64,000 bases of DNA from Phoronis australis. Its lineage: Eukaryota; Animalia; Phoronida. Position numbers and translations under genes: made by a program. This document shows, piece after piece, positions 1-13,833 of this stretch. The stretch's first letter is position 1, and the number at the start of each line of letters is the position of its first letter. The stretch lies in NCBI GenBank assembly GCA_002633005.1, contig NMRA01000391.1, forward strand, positions 360,159 through 424,158, written 5' to 3'. Under the pieces are notes generated by a model, which saw only the letters and a list, made by a program, of their open reading frames with translations, searched no databases and had not been told where the DNA came from.

Positions 1-3000
1 GACGTCATTAGCCCGACAGAAAAACATCGTTTTTGAATTCCAACACGTTTGATTAACAAGAAGAAAGTGCAAATTGCAGGGTATGCTTTTATAAATTGTG
101 ATTTTTATAACAGCAGTATCCTTGCTTGCACTGTTTAAATTAGCAAAATCACAATGACTTCGGGAAAAATACAACGGCGAAACGAAATTCAAACTTTATG
201 ATTTTCGTTAAAGAGACAACTCACATTACATCAAAAACAATTTTTGAATTAGGTCGCTACGAGTTGCATTTCGCCCAGTTTAGCTAGCTATGAAAATAGA
301 GTATAATGAAAATAGAGTATCGAATATATATATAGATCTTTTACATTCGTAAAATCATCTCATTACCTTACCGTGATAGGATTCTATTTCCGTTACCAAC
401 GAGAAAATCGAGACCATTGGCGACTCAAAAACGCTTCAGAGTTTGTAAATTCGAAAATGGCGCATATGTGCATTGCTTGAATGTGATTTGATTTGCTCAG
501 CTCATTCGGCAAGTACTCAAGATTGGTTGAGTGTGGTAACTTGATCTTTTTAAGTCCCATAGGACTTCGTTTTAGAATTCAACATAGAGATTTTTAGATT
601 CTATGAAAACTGTTACGTGTACGTTTACTTAAAAAATCCCGTGATCAATTTTTACGGCATTGCCGTAAGGCGGTAAAAGTAAAAAAAGTTTTATACACAT
701 AAGATGGGCGACAAACGTAAATTGAAAACTTGTACTTTTTGTTAAGCACCTTGACAATCGAGTTTTGAAATAAAGTCATCTTTAATAAATCGGAGATTCG
801 ACTTTTGTCAACAATTAAGAAATATTCAGCTAACTCGTTTGTTTCTGACTCTCTGTCAGAATTGACCTCCACTCCAATCACTAAGTGGACTTGATGCCCA
901 TGGGTCTCGCTCGTTGCACTGTATATGAGTGTGGTACGGCAGCCAACTTTGACTTAGCATGCAGGCCATAAATATTTCTATTATCAAGAAATCTACAAAC
1001 TACTATACAGTGTAGATAACTGTGCTCACGTGCCGTACCGTTTTAGCCAATGAGGTTATCTCATTGGTTATAGCGCTCATTTTTCTCGTCTGCTTTTAAA
1101 GTAAATCAAATGTCAAAGTCGCTTTTGAGGTACAATTAAAAGGATACCAAACCCGGTTTTGGCCTACTAACAGATACTAAAAACAACTTACACATCCAGT
1201 TCTCTGTAACAAAATAATGCTCTGTAATCATCGACAACCCTAAAAGTTTGGAGGAAAATTTTAAAACTCCTTTCAAAGTCTGCTAAATGGGCAAGCGTGA
1301 CGTACACATTTAGCGAATTACACGGCAATTTAGGGAAAAGACCACCCACTAAGAACCGTGATATCCAATTTGTGAAATATGAAGTATGAGTTTTTAGTTG
1401 ATTTCTAGTTTATCCTTTACCTTTCAAGATTGACGTCAATGTTGCGTTAACAGGTGACAGAACGAGGCTTGGTTGAAATCATCGAAACAGGGATTAGTAT
1501 TCTTTTAAAAGTATCGATAGCACACTTTTGATCGAGTAGTGTTGAATGACAGGTAAAAGTAAGAGTAAACGTAAAAATCTTAAGTTCTCTAATGACAACC
1601 AAACAACGGAAAAGTACACCTTTAACTGGCTTTAACTGTATTAGTTGACTTTCCGTAAGTCATGCAGCCTTCACCAGTCCTAGGTCCACGTTTAATGGTT
1701 AACTCATATAAGATATTATTAAAGAAAATAAATGACAGAATGTTTGTGAAACGTCATGAGAGTGAATTTCTGTCACTTTGTGTTTGTTTTGCCAGAAGCA
1801 CCATGATCTTCTATGGTGAATCTAGGCGAATATTCATCTAAACGTTAAGTACTAAAATCTCAAATAAAAGGGAAGATTTCGTAAATTACAGCAAACCATG
1901 TATTTGTGGTTTTACTTATAAAAAGTGAAGTTCAATATCATTAAAATATGTCGGTGATATGTCATTAGAGCACCATTAAAATATCTAATTTTATTTTAAA
2001 AATTACACATAAATTTCTAGTTATTTCTCAAATATTTGATTGCGCGTTGACAGAACATAACTTGGGATTAACTTTAAACTGGACTGCTTTGCGGTCAAAC
2101 TCCTTTGATGACGTTTTCTACTGAAAAGAAACGGAAAGAGCTTCCCAGGTTATGTAGGACCCTAGAAAAAAAACCTAATTTAGATGTCTTCGGAGTCTTA
2201 TGAAACTTTCAGATGCCATGCTTTGAAGAGGCCTGGAACGCGATAAACAGACTAAATTGTAATAATGGAAGTGGTTTTCTGCCACTGAAACAGAATTCAA
2301 CCTGCTCAGCAGGTACTTTTAGAGTTTGTTCGTAAAGATTTTTAATTTATGTTGATATCAAAGCATTATCTTTGTTTCAAATTTCAAAAATACCATTTGT
2401 CGATTTTTCTTCCACAAGGCAAAGCACCTCTCCTCATTTGTCATGGCAAGGCATAGTCGTCGCACATTTCTCTTACAGTGAAAATGTGACCTTTGACCTC
2501 AAGTGACTTCAAGCAACTCACTCTGAGCCCATTTATCATAAGTGAGAGGGAGATTAGAAACTCTGTGGTAACCACAGAGTTTTTCCTTCAACAGTATTTC
2601 AAAAATCGTTAATTCTGTGATTTTTTCCGGAAATTTCCTCACAGAGGAAAGTGAATTACTCTGCACTAGACGTTGCGAGATGGTACTTTAGTAAGAATTG
2701 TTTAAAAGATATTTTGACGAGCTTTCGCGTTCCATGCCTCTTTAAATTGTTTTAAAAATGTTCCACTTTTGCATGAGGAACGATCAAAAATAGGACTTTT
2801 ACGATATTCTTGAAAAAAAATCAAAAGTTGCATGAAACGAAAAAAATGATAATTTAGGAAGGTGTAACGGAATTTGGTCACGTTGTTGATATTGTCGTTT
2901 TGTTATCAAGATACCTTTCGTTTTACTAAGTTTTATTAGAAGTACATAGTCGCGTGACCAAATTAATGGCAGATTAGTAACAAGTCAAAAATTAATTTCT

Positions 3001-4616
3001 ACAAACTTTCTACTTTAGAAAAAGTACATATTACTTTTACTGAGTTAAAATCTACAGTTTTGCAGATATTTGATTAATACACCGACTTGTCGATAACCAA
3101 TCATCGTCTGATCACTCCGTAGCAGACACCACAGAATAAAAAACACAGTGTACTCTAACCCTGGGCTCCGACCACTCTGACTGTGATGTATAAATAACGT
3201 CCAACTTGGTCATGTATATACAATGTATGTTAATGAGGCCCATATTTCGGACCTGACTGCAGTTGCGAAAGCGCGGCACCAATACCGAATATTGTTTTCA
3301 TAAATCATTTACGTGGGAGACATACCGGTTGCCAATTTCCCCGTGAGAAATAGTCCACAGACGAATATAATGAGATATTAACCCATTTTAGTAATTCAAA
3401 TTGTATCCGTCGATCTCTGTAATACGTGGAGACAATTGATAATTAATTGGTTGTGGAACCCTCCTTGTTACAAAAAACATCAGTCAGTAAAAATACAAAA
3501 ATGCCAGTCAAATAATTTGGACGTTTGCCTTGAGTCAAGATTGAAATAGATACGAATAGTGAAGCAAATACAACAGATCACAAAGATGCAGAGCCACTGT
3601 GTGATATTCATTGGTGTCTCAAATCTAGTTTTTTAGTAAAAGGTCTTCGGTACACTTGTAGCCGGGAAAAGGAAAGTGAAGTCCGAAGTTAATTTATGCA
3701 CAAAAAATCAGACGAGCATAGACGACAATGAAATAGTTGCAGTTTATCTGTATAAAATTTTATTGCTCGTTTAAACAGATTGTCGCACTCAGCAATGTAC
3801 ATAATAACGCGTAGGCCAGAGTTTCGTTCCGTAGACCTAAGACTTTCGCAAAGCACTGGGGTCAACAAATTTTCTCATATGAAATATCAGTTGCCACCAT
3901 TTTATTAGTGTACGTCTCGAGCATACTCATGAAACGTTTGTTTTTCACTAGCGTGATTTTGCGTGGTCTTGCTTTTTGGCGAGATTCTTGTGTCTACGGA
4001 ACGCAGCCCAGAAGTCCTAAACAGAGGCGATGAACGTCCCCTGTGACTTAAGCCTGTCTACACTGTAAATACGCCACCGATTTTCAAGTTCACGAAATCA
4101 GATAATTTGGACAAATCTAACAAAATTAATATTTCCCTACAGAATTCAGTCTATGGGTCTACGATAACAAATAAAAGTATTGGAAACCGTGAGTTCAGCA
4201 AACGGTGATTTCGACTAGTGTCGTTTTGTATGTATAGATGGCGCTTGAGACTAATGGAGCACACTTCTTCCGGCACTTCTCCGGATTTTGCAGAGATACA
4301 CGGCACGGTATACAGTATCTTTGTCTGCGGTAGAAGTTCTTTACGTTGATTTTATACTCCTTAACCTGAAATAGAAATTTGGCAACGCATCTTTTTGACA
4401 CCATACTAAAATAAGATTAGTAAAAATCCCTCCCGGATAAACAGCGCTCTTCACGCGTAAAGCGCGTAATGTGTCCCATGCTTAAAAGTAGTTCCACGTG
4501 TAGTTTTATTGATACAAAGGTCTAGTGGCTGATGTATCCAGTTGGGGTTTTGGAGTCTATTACGATTTTTTGCTAAATTGTAATAAAAAGGCATGATCAC
4601 GAGCCCAATGAACTAT

Positions 4617-5212
4617 AAGCATGATGAAAGTTCTCTGACAAGAGGTGAGATGTAGTCATTGAACTAAGCATGATGAAAATTCTCTGACAAGTGGGGAGAT
4701 GTAGTCATTGAACTAAGCATGATGAAAGTTCTCTCAGTGGTGAGATGTAGTCATTAAACTAAGCATAATGAAAGTTCTCTGACAAGAGGTGAGATGTAGT
4801 CATTGAACTAAGCATGATGAAAGTTCTCTGACAAGTGGTGAGATGTAGTCATTGAACTAAGCATGATGAAAGTTCTCTGACAAGTGGTGAGATGTAGTCA
4901 TTGAACTAAGCATAATGAAAGTTCTCTGACAAGAGGTGAGATGTAGTCATTGAACTAAGCATGATGAAAGTTCTCTAACAAGTGGTGAGATGTAGTCATT
5001 TAACTAAGCATGATGAAAGTTCTCTGACAAGTGGTGAGATGTAGTCATTGAACCAAGCGTGATGAAAGTTCTCTGACAAGTGGTGAGATGTAGTCATTAA
5101 ACTAAGCATGATGAAAGTTCTCTGACAAGTGGTGAGATGTAGTCATTGAACCAAGCATGATGAAAGTTCTCTGACAAGTGGTGAAATGTAGCCATTAAAC
5201 GAACCATAATGA
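4617..5212 (+). repeat. 49-bp minisatellite, ~12 units
   Basis: Unit aagcatgatgaaagttctctgacaag(a/t)ggtgagatgtagtcattgaact; starts at 4617, 4666, 4715 and onward; near-identical units with no unique spacers. Confidence 0.97.
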
Positions 5213-7610
5213 ACTCAAAGTTCTCCTTAAACGTGGACCAAAAATTTTGCTTTAACAGTTTCAATTATTAATTTATAATATTCTTGCACTTTATGTTCAA
5301 AAGGAACCAATGTTGTTAAAGCGGCTACAAACCCACCTTTCGTCACAAAACAACTTTCGATTTAAACCACTTACCGTTGAGAAATTGGTCTCAGAGCGTT
5401 TTTTAGTCAAATTGGGGGTGATTTCAGGTCTTCCGAGGAACTAACAGTTCGTTATTTTTACGACCATCCTCGGAACATAAAATGGCACGCCGTAGTTACA
5501 AGCCACTTGTATTGCTTGATCCCAGAAATCGCTTTGCGTCTCAGTGAGGAACCAGTTGTGACCAGTTCTGTAGCGGCAAATGGTCTAAATCAAAGATCGC
5601 AAGTCGAGTTCAACTGCTCTGGTGGAAAATCATACCTTTTTCCGTTGCTTCCAGTCAATTTTTCTTCAAAACTGGTGCTGGTTTCTATAAGTTACATTTT
5701 TGTGTGTTTGGCAAATAAAATGTCGAATTAACTTCTCTGGCAATACTCAAATAGTTTACAGGTGGGAATGTCTCCTGATTACGGATGTTAGTGTAATTTT
5801 TGGTGAGACTGCCTAATCATGGAACTTTGTCATGTGTTGTGATGAATCTGGATGCTTAGTGTTAGATCTTATGAAATACAATTATTTATTAGGTGCTTAT
5901 ACTCAGTGCGGCCCGTAAAATCTGAAATCGCAAATGGAACAATAATCGCACGCGTAATAATTATTACATTTGCGGTTGATATTAATAGCTAACGACTTCG
6001 ACCGCAAATGTTAGGATTGTTTGTTTGCGGTTACCTTGTTACTTGCGTGGATGTAGCAAAATAGTGCCAGGGGAGATAAACGGTAGTACGAAGAATTACG
6101 TTGAATACCTCATCCACTTCGATGATTGAATGCTATTTTATCATGTTTATTGGGCACTATACATTGAAAGTCATAATCAACGAACCGTTGAACTATTTGT
6201 CGGTGTCTAGAGAGAACGTTTCCCCGACACCGGTCGCCACAACTATAGCCCCACTTCGTCGACACAGGTGGCACAATGAAATCACCTCTAAACGTCACCG
6301 ATTTAGCAACTTTATTATCCCGCAGTCTGCTATCTTGTTGTCACAAATCTCCCCCCTCTCTTCGTCGCCAACTCTGTTACCCAGCACATCGTGCTATCCC
6401 CTCACAAATCAGCAGCTATTGGAGTATGTCAGAACTGCCACCCTCGTAAGTTTTGCCCAAGCTCTGTTTATGAAGTAAATTTTTTTCGCAGATGAACATT
6501 AATCGGTCTCACGATACGCCTTGCGGATTTTGACGAACATGTCTGGTATCAACATGGTGGACACCAACGATGCTAGTGTTGATGAATCTTCGTGCTCGGC
6601 AGGTAAATTTAGGCACGGGGACACTACTCAGAGTGTAAATATGTTTAGATGAAGCGACGAAAGAGAAGATGGCACCGCCTCGGTAGGGAGACACAGATAA
6701 TCTTGGTAGTGGTAGGACCACCAGGTGCAATGCTCTAGCGTGGTTAGTATACCGAGTACTATGTCACAAAAAATGAAGTAAGCGACTGTGAGGGATCATT
6801 GGCGAATGTAAAAAATAGCTTGTTTACAGTGACGTCCACGTTAATTTATTTGTGTATTGGGTCATCTAGAAATATCTTTATCCTAATTAAGAGCACTTAC
6901 TTTTTGGTTGGCTATACCGATGTCACGTGTTGCCCGTGAGGGTTCTGGGATTCAGTTGATTAAACAAACTCGAGGTTTAACCTAAAGTCGCTTGCACAAA
7001 AATTAACCAGAGGGGATTTACATTTGATATTGGGTTTGTTACTGGGTTTAATGAAATGTTGAGTGTCATCTAAAATTTCAAAATTCAGAATTAATCTTAA
7101 CCTGCTTATCGTATTGCAGTCAGCCATGGATTCAGCTTTGCCGACTATTCATCTCGGGCTGTACGCAATCAAGTTCACACCCGCCTTGTTATTTCTCTGA
7201 AAATCGATGGCCAGGGAACGACCCGACTTACTTATCACATTTATTTTACAATTATTTACTAGCAACTTTTCTGAAAATCCATGTGTCCGATTTCGATGGG
7301 CACGTTTTTGTTAAAACATTTAACAATTTTCATTACGTCCGTCTAATTAATAAGTATCTTTAATCAACGCATTTAGTTTCCTGGCGCAAAATAGGAATCG
7401 TACTCATACCGGGATGTATCGTGTCCTGAGCTTAAAAGTTCGCTTTTTAATTTGTATTTTGAATGAATTTTTTAATTTGTATTTAAAAATCTCTTAACGT
7501 TGGGATTTTAAACTACATTTGGCTTCTTGTTTAGTTGTCTGGAAAACCAACGTCAACACCAAAGTTGCTCTTGAATTTTTTGGACTTCATTTTCCGCTGC
7601 ACGAAGAACG

Positions 7611-8265
7611 CCTCTTGGAAATTTCGTCAAAATCCCGAGGTTTGCAGAGGGATTTTGACGAAATTTCGAAGAGGTTTTGCTCATATCATGAGTCTTGTTG
7701 GATTTGTTTTCCCACATGAACCGTAAAAATGATCTTTTTTGGCAAAAAACTCGATGTGTCTAAAAAAATAAAATTTTAAATCACATGACGCAACTTCTAT
7801 GGTCTCACCGCAAAGTTTCGGGGTTCGTCTCCGTTTGAGTAAACGTGGATGAGGAATTTGTTTGCATGTTCTTCCGACTGCGAGTACATACAGTAGCGAC
7901 ACCCGATTTGACAATCACAAACCTTGTCACCTTCACGGAATTCCTGCATCGTTTGGATTTGCAGACGATAAAATGTAAGCCGTATAGATTTCTACTTTGC
8001 ACTACTTTGTGATTCGCCATGTAATATAAAAAATACGTTCTCGGCGTTATTGGGCAGTCGTGCCGTAGCACATTTCAGTTCATGTGACAAATAGAGAATC
8101 CTACACGAGTTCAAATTTCGTCAAAATCCCAAGGCTTGCCGAGGGATTTTGCAGAAATTTCCAAGAAGTTTTGCCCATGTCATAAACTTGAGACGAGTGT
8201 AAGGTTTGTTTTCTCACGTGAACCATAAAAACGACCTTTTGCCGAAAAACTCGATGTGTTTAAAA
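7611..8265. repeat. Duplicated ~150-bp module containing a strong hairpin (copies ~7611-7770 and ~8112-8265)
   Basis: gaaatttcgtcaaaatccc (7618-7636) is the exact reverse complement of gggattttgacgaaatttc (7649-7667). A degenerate second copy starts at ~8113. Both copies are followed by tgaacc.taaaaa...aaaaactcgatgtgt. Confidence 0.75.
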
Positions 8266-9142
8266 CTTACATACACAAAACGTGCCGAGAGTGGCGTAGG
8301 CCTTAATGAAGTAATATCCCACGAGCGAGACCGCAGGTCGAGGTCGATACGCGGAATAAGGTCGAGTGGGATATTACTTCTTGTACGCCAATCGAGGTAC
8401 ATTTTGTATTTATCACATGCGCTTCGAATTCCTAAGTTTCTTTCATTTTTTCGGCAGATTTTTCAAATATTTCACCCAGACTGTTCACATGGCGGATCAC
8501 ATCCTATATGTATGTACTTGCGCGTTAGGTTGCAAGTTTTCTCTTGTAAAAGAAACAGTTTTAAAAGTAACGATTTATTTCTTGAAAAGAGGTAACGAAG
8601 GTGAAAACAACGGCAACTGTGCAGTGAACTTGTAACATCTCCTGGAACTAGTTAAAAACATTTGATATTTTAGTTTCCTAGGAATCGGCGCCTGCGTTGC
8701 AGATATTTAGCAATTGAAAACTGAGACATAAGTGTCTTATAATTAACAGTTTTGTTCCATATTTTACGTTTAGGGCCTGGTTGCATAGCGAGTGTTAATT
8801 ACACTGCTGCAACTGTATTACTTTCAACTTTATTCGGAAAGTTTGAGTATCGAACCGGCTGAAGACGTCGAGTCGACATATGACCTACCTTTTGAACTTT
8901 CCATGTCAGAGGTCACTGTTGAAGTAGTGCGGGAGGTGAAAACGGAAAACTTTATTACATGGCCGTATTTCCCTCCACAGATTCAACGCGTATGGGATAA
9001 AACCACATGACGCAACTTTTGTAAAAGCATGTTCGCGCAACGTAAAGTGAACCCCGTTACTTTGTGTTAATAATTTTATTTTAAACTTAACAATTGTAAA
9101 TTGTATTTAGCTTTCATAACAAACGTTCAAGTTAATACTCTT

Positions 9143-9548
9143 TAAGGCCAGTCTTAAAAATATCTGTTTGTCCTTACCCGACCCTACTTTTAACATCTGG
9201 GGTAGGTAGATAGGAGACAAAATAATAACTTCATACATCAATTTTCCTATTTCTCAACTAATGAGCCACGCCTTCTTCAAGAATCTTTAGAAATTAACAA
9301 CTCACGTTTTAGATTTTGTTGAAGGATTTTTGACCGTTTTTTTGTAATGAACCCACCAATTGCCGGTAAGGACTTTTTCCTGGGCTGAGTCATCAATCAA
9401 GCAAAAGTGCGAAATTGATTACAACATTTTATGTAGAGTAATAAATAAATAGTCATAGGAATGTTGCCAATAAACTTTTCTGAATTGGGAGGTTTTTAGC
9501 GGGTCGGTCGGGCATGGGCAAAAGAACGTAATTTTTATTTAGACCTAA
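9143..9548. mobile_element. Degenerate MITE with imperfect TIRs
   Basis: Left end taaggcc..aaaaatatctgtttgtccttacccgaccct; the right end reverse-complements to ttaggtctaaataaaaattacgttcttttgcccatgcccgaccgaccc. Confidence 0.45.
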
Positions 9549-9639
9549 CTTGTAATATTTAAACTTCACAAATGTTTATAAACAACACTTTCAGCTGGGT
9601 TGAATTGACCTTTGAGGCAGCACAGCTAGTCGGTGGTTT

Positions 9640-9962
9640 CTTGAGTTCGGGTTCGTCTCCGTAAACGTGGATATGGATTTCGCCGCCGAAGATGGGTCCG
9701 TTTAAGAAGTTGTTTGTGGACGCTCTCTTTTAATCACAGTTGTGACACTTGATTTGCCAATCATAACATTGTCAGGCTACCTTCAAGAATTCCGGCTTTG
9801 TTTGGTTGTTGGTATTAATGATTTGCAGACGATAAAATGTAAGTCGTATGGATTTCTACTTTGCATTACTTTGTGATTCGCCCATGTAATATCAAAAAAT
9901 TACGTACTCGGTGCTGTTAACCAGTCGTGTCGTACCGGTAACGCATTCCAGTTCATGTGAGA
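9640..9962 (+). repeat. Dispersed copy of the 7815-8090 segment
   Basis: Shared blocks gggttcgtctccgt..aaacgtggat, gatttgcagacgataaaatgtaag, gatttctactttgca.tactttgtgattcgcc and cagttcatgtga occur at both loci. Confidence 0.75.
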
Positions 9963-12134
9963 AATGAATTTCTAATCCGTGGGACCTTATCGTCAATAGT
10001 TGTCTGCTAAAGTTGTCGCGAGGACCAAGCAAATTAAAATTAGGCGGAAACATCAGAGATACTCTTACTGCACGTTTAGTTAAAGGTGCACTTCGCCACT
10101 GTTTGCTGTCACTGTTGACTTCTTAACTAAAACACCTTGATGGTTTAAAAAAAACATTACTACGCTTATATTACCTTGAAATGTGGAATTTTCGAATTCA
10201 AAGTTTTAGGGTTGGGAGGCGGGGCAAGCCCAATAAATTCTCAAACGTTTTCTTGAGTCGCTCATGGTTTCGATGTTCTTTTTGGTAATGAAAATAGAGC
10301 TCTACCACGCTAAGGAATATTATGAGACCAATTTTATGAAACTAAACGGCCGAATTCGATCTTCCTTTTTATCCAGATAAAAAGGGTGACATGCAGATTT
10401 AAATTATTTTTACTAACTGTTACATACTTCTCTGTGCAAAGGAGCACCCTTGTCCTATTTTATTGGTGCATACACACAAATTCAAAAATTACATCTATGT
10501 TCGATTTTGTTTATTTTGAAAAAAATATTTCACGTTGAAAGATCATATTTGGGAATAATCTACAAAAATGGTTTGCGTCAAAATTCGTTTTATGAATTTA
10601 TTAAGTAAATTCGGGGAAAATAGGCATGACTCGTGAAAGTAATCGCGCATATAATTTCGTGCACTTGTTTTGTAATTTATGGTCGAAGAAAATGAACCGC
10701 TACGGAAACACAAACCACCGTAACCAAATATCAAAAATTAGTTAGGTTTTAGACAAACACTGCTTTCGTATTAAAAAACCCTGTCTATGAAACAACCAGA
10801 AAGAATATTATATAATTTTGTCACTGCGAGCAGACAGGAAAAGACAACATATTTTTCTTAAATATTCTGCCAAAACATGTCCGCAGAAGTAACTGACATA
10901 TCGTCGCGAACAGTTGCTTGAAACTTCAAGGCACGGATTTAGATTTACAGTTATCGGATGATTTTGATTACGTTGGTAATAGACAGCTAAAACGTTCACA
11001 GACTCGCCTTCTGTCACAGAAAAACTTTTGATTAAAACGGCATAATGTTACGAAATTGGTCTCAAATTGTTCCTTAATGTCAAACTGGAATTGATATCAA
11101 TGAACCGACAGTTCGTTATTGTTTGAGACCTGCTTTTAAACTTGGCGTGCATCGGCGAGTCAGTTTTGCCACGATCATGGTCTTAACGAAGTGAATAATT
11201 AAAGAATAGTCAGAAAGCACTTCCTCTCTGAGGATAGAATAAGTCGAGGCCAATTTTATAACGGTAGGTGGCCTTAGAAATCAAACGTTCACTTCTTGGA
11301 CTGAACTCGGGTACAAGTTCAGGAACAACAATGCCAAAATGGGGTTTTCAGTAATAAAACCATTAGTTAGACTAATCTCTTCAGGTGAAATGGCCGTAAA
11401 AACAAGCACAGTCCTTGAGTGCATATTTAATGCGGCTATATTGGGTCAACAAGCATTACGTTGTGCCTAGACGGTCATTAAAAGTGTGTGGGGCTTTGGG
11501 AATCAGTGATATGTAGCCTATATATAGTACCAATAATCAGTTTTGGCAGATCAATTGTTGGGCATTGCACTGTGCAATAAAGCGCCGAACACGTCGTTCT
11601 GAATGCGAGTTTGTAAGCCTAGTTCTGAGTGATCAATAGAAAGAGCTACACTCAATGCCGTGTTTAAAAAGTCGCACAGCGCGCCGGTGTGTTGACTATG
11701 CGCAGTGTTCTGACCGTTTATTGAAGTTGATCCTATACAAATAACACGGCCGTGTTGTCGTTACTATGGACGATCACTTACGTAGGAACACGGGGAATAA
11801 AAGGTAATCAAATCTGATCAATACCAATTATTTGAATTTCATAACTACTACGTCGAGTCTAGTTTATAACTTATTGTCGAGTCACTTGGATGCATTTACG
11901 ATTGGAATCTATTCATGTTGATGGAGAGTTGGACGTATGAAGTTTGTGACATTTTGGATGCAATATCTTCGGAAAACCGTCCCGATATGTCGATCCAACT
12001 GGACTGAGATTACTTCGACACGAGAAAGATGCCTGATTTTCTGATTGAATACGGTTGCATGAGGTAGTACATTTTAGCTACCCGGAGGAGCTTTGTTGGC
12101 GCTTTCACTGCCGAATTTTCGAGACATCATCGGA

Positions 12135-13187
12135 ATGTCATCAACTAGTAAAATGGCGGAAAATGCCACTGAGGAATCGGACAAAGACACCCTTGCAGAG
12201 CTCAACAAAGATTTCAAAAGATCGAAAGTGATGCAGATTCTTAGGTTTTTGCATGACCAGGATATGCTAAATAAAAGATTCAATGCTATAGACATGGACA
12301 GTGACATAGACACAGATGGAACAACGTCGGACTCCGACTGCACTTTAACTCCACAACAGAGACTGAATCGTCTTCGTGATGGTAACGTCCTGGTGGATTC
12401 TGAAGGAAGTGAGAGCTCCGTGCCTAGCTTTACAAGAAACAGACGGTTACGTACAGCAACCGTCGATGCGAGACTGGAACTTGACAGTGAGGAGGGGGCT
12501 TGGGCGGTATCATCGCCGACGTCACCGATGCCCCCTACAGAACCGTGTAAAACAAAATCGCGATTTCGTAGTAAAACGGACGGTGAAAAGACTAGACGAG
12601 TTTTAACCAAACTTAATGTTCGACCAGCAAGTGCCATTGGCAATGGCCTTTCTAAAAATACTCAAAGGTACAAATGTGCTGAGCAACTTAACAAGGAACA
12701 GACAACCTCAAATTTGAATGGCGATCAACTCAGGTATCCTGGCACGGAGATTCTTTGGGATCCAACATGTGTTGAGAGCAGTTATGATTCCAATCGTGTT
12801 TCCATGATAAGTTCTCGAATAAGAAAAAGCGGACCTTCCTCATTAAGTACATGCCACAACACCAACATTGTTCCCGTGCGCAGCAGTCAGTTGGTGGCGG
12901 ATTCCTTACTTCGAGGAGGAGGCGCGATAAACGGTTTGACCGGACACACTTACGCAAGCAAGTTTAGAGGTTTGCGTGACAGACAATTAAGGATTGCAAC
13001 CGAACAATTTGATATTCGTGAAATAGGATCTATAAGAGATGCTAGTGACTTGAAGGCGATACGAAAATGTAGTAAACAAGACAAGTCTGATCAGGTGACA
13101 ACAATAGCCATGGTAAAGTTACCGCCGTTGACGTCGTTGGAGAAACATAAACTGGTGACAGGGTCGAACCTAGTTAACACATGTTGA
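12135..13187 (+). CDS. Intronless ORF, uncharacterised ~350-aa protein (Ser/Thr/Asp-rich, probably largely disordered)
   Basis: Open frame of about 1.1 kb in AT-rich DNA where background ORFs are mostly <130 codons. First ATG at 12135 (MSSTSKMAENATEESDKDTLAELNKDFKRSKVMQILRFLHDQD...), TGA at 13185-13187. A possible acceptor (attttag, ending 12077) lies just upstream, so this could be a terminal exon. No domain recognised. Confidence 0.6.
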   Translation: MSSTSKMAENATEESDKDTLAELNKDFKRSKVMQILRFLHDQDMLNKRFNAIDMDSDIDTDGTTSDSDCTLTPQQRLNRLRDGNVLVDSEGSESSVPSFTRNRRLRTATVDARLELDSEEGAWAVSSPTSPMPPTEPCKTKSRFRSKTDGEKTRRVLTKLNVRPASAIGNGLSKNTQRYKCAEQLNKEQTTSNLNGDQLRYPGTEILWDPTCVESSYDSNRVSMISSRIRKSGPSSLSTCHNTNIVPVRSSQLVADSLLRGGGAINGLTGHTYASKFRGLRDRQLRIATEQFDIREIGSIRDASDLKAIRKCSKQDKSDQVTTIAMVKLPPLTSLEKHKLVTGSNLVNTC

Positions 13188-13833
13188 TGAGATTTAAAAG
13201 TGCAGTGGTATTTAGAAGTGTTTAATTTCTTCTGACGATTATTATGACGAAATGACACTCACCAGAGTCTCGGTGTCCTGGGTTTTAACCCATGTTGCCC
13301 AAACCACTTAATTTTATGGTGCTAGAATTTACTCAGAGTCTGTTTGTGACGTATTTACCAATGAAACTTCAGTATTTCATGAATTTTAAGAGGATAATTG
13401 AACTCCGCCGGTATTTCTTTGGTTCACCGGCACGACGAAAAACGATAAAAACCCTGTGGAACACAGAGCCGTTGGGTCCAAGTCAGTCATTTTGCAACAG
13501 ACAGAATATTTGATCATTTAAAGTTTACATCCCACTCCTATAGAATTTAATTAACTGACTAAAACTCTGAAACATTTCACTGTATATGAATAATTCTCGT
13601 AACTAGTTTATAATGATATCACGCGTGTCTCGCGTTTTCCGCCTTTTCCTAATATTTGAACAGCGACCACCAACAACTATGTCTTGTGGAAAGCAAATAC
13701 TATGAACCCTCTACACGTCATTTTAGACAACTTATAGCTAGGACTCGGTCTCAACTTGTTCCTTAGTGATTTCTGAGTTAGGAAACAATTGACAGTCGAT
13801 TCATTGACACCAACACGAACAAGTTGATTTGAT

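Noticed and set aside
4617-5212. CRISPR-like regular array
   Set aside because: Units are contiguous with no unique spacers, there are no cas genes, and the context is eukaryotic; it is a minisatellite.
4195-5684. Possible small minus-strand gene (acceptor-flanked Cys/Lys-rich frame at 4195-4365 plus a 49-nt exon-like segment at 5636-5684)
   Set aside because: Exon phases do not join into the Cys-rich frame (stops appear), and I found no start exon or recognisable domain.
12074-12643. 189-aa minus-strand ORF
   Set aside because: An antisense shadow of the longer + strand ORF 12135-13187, with no independent features.
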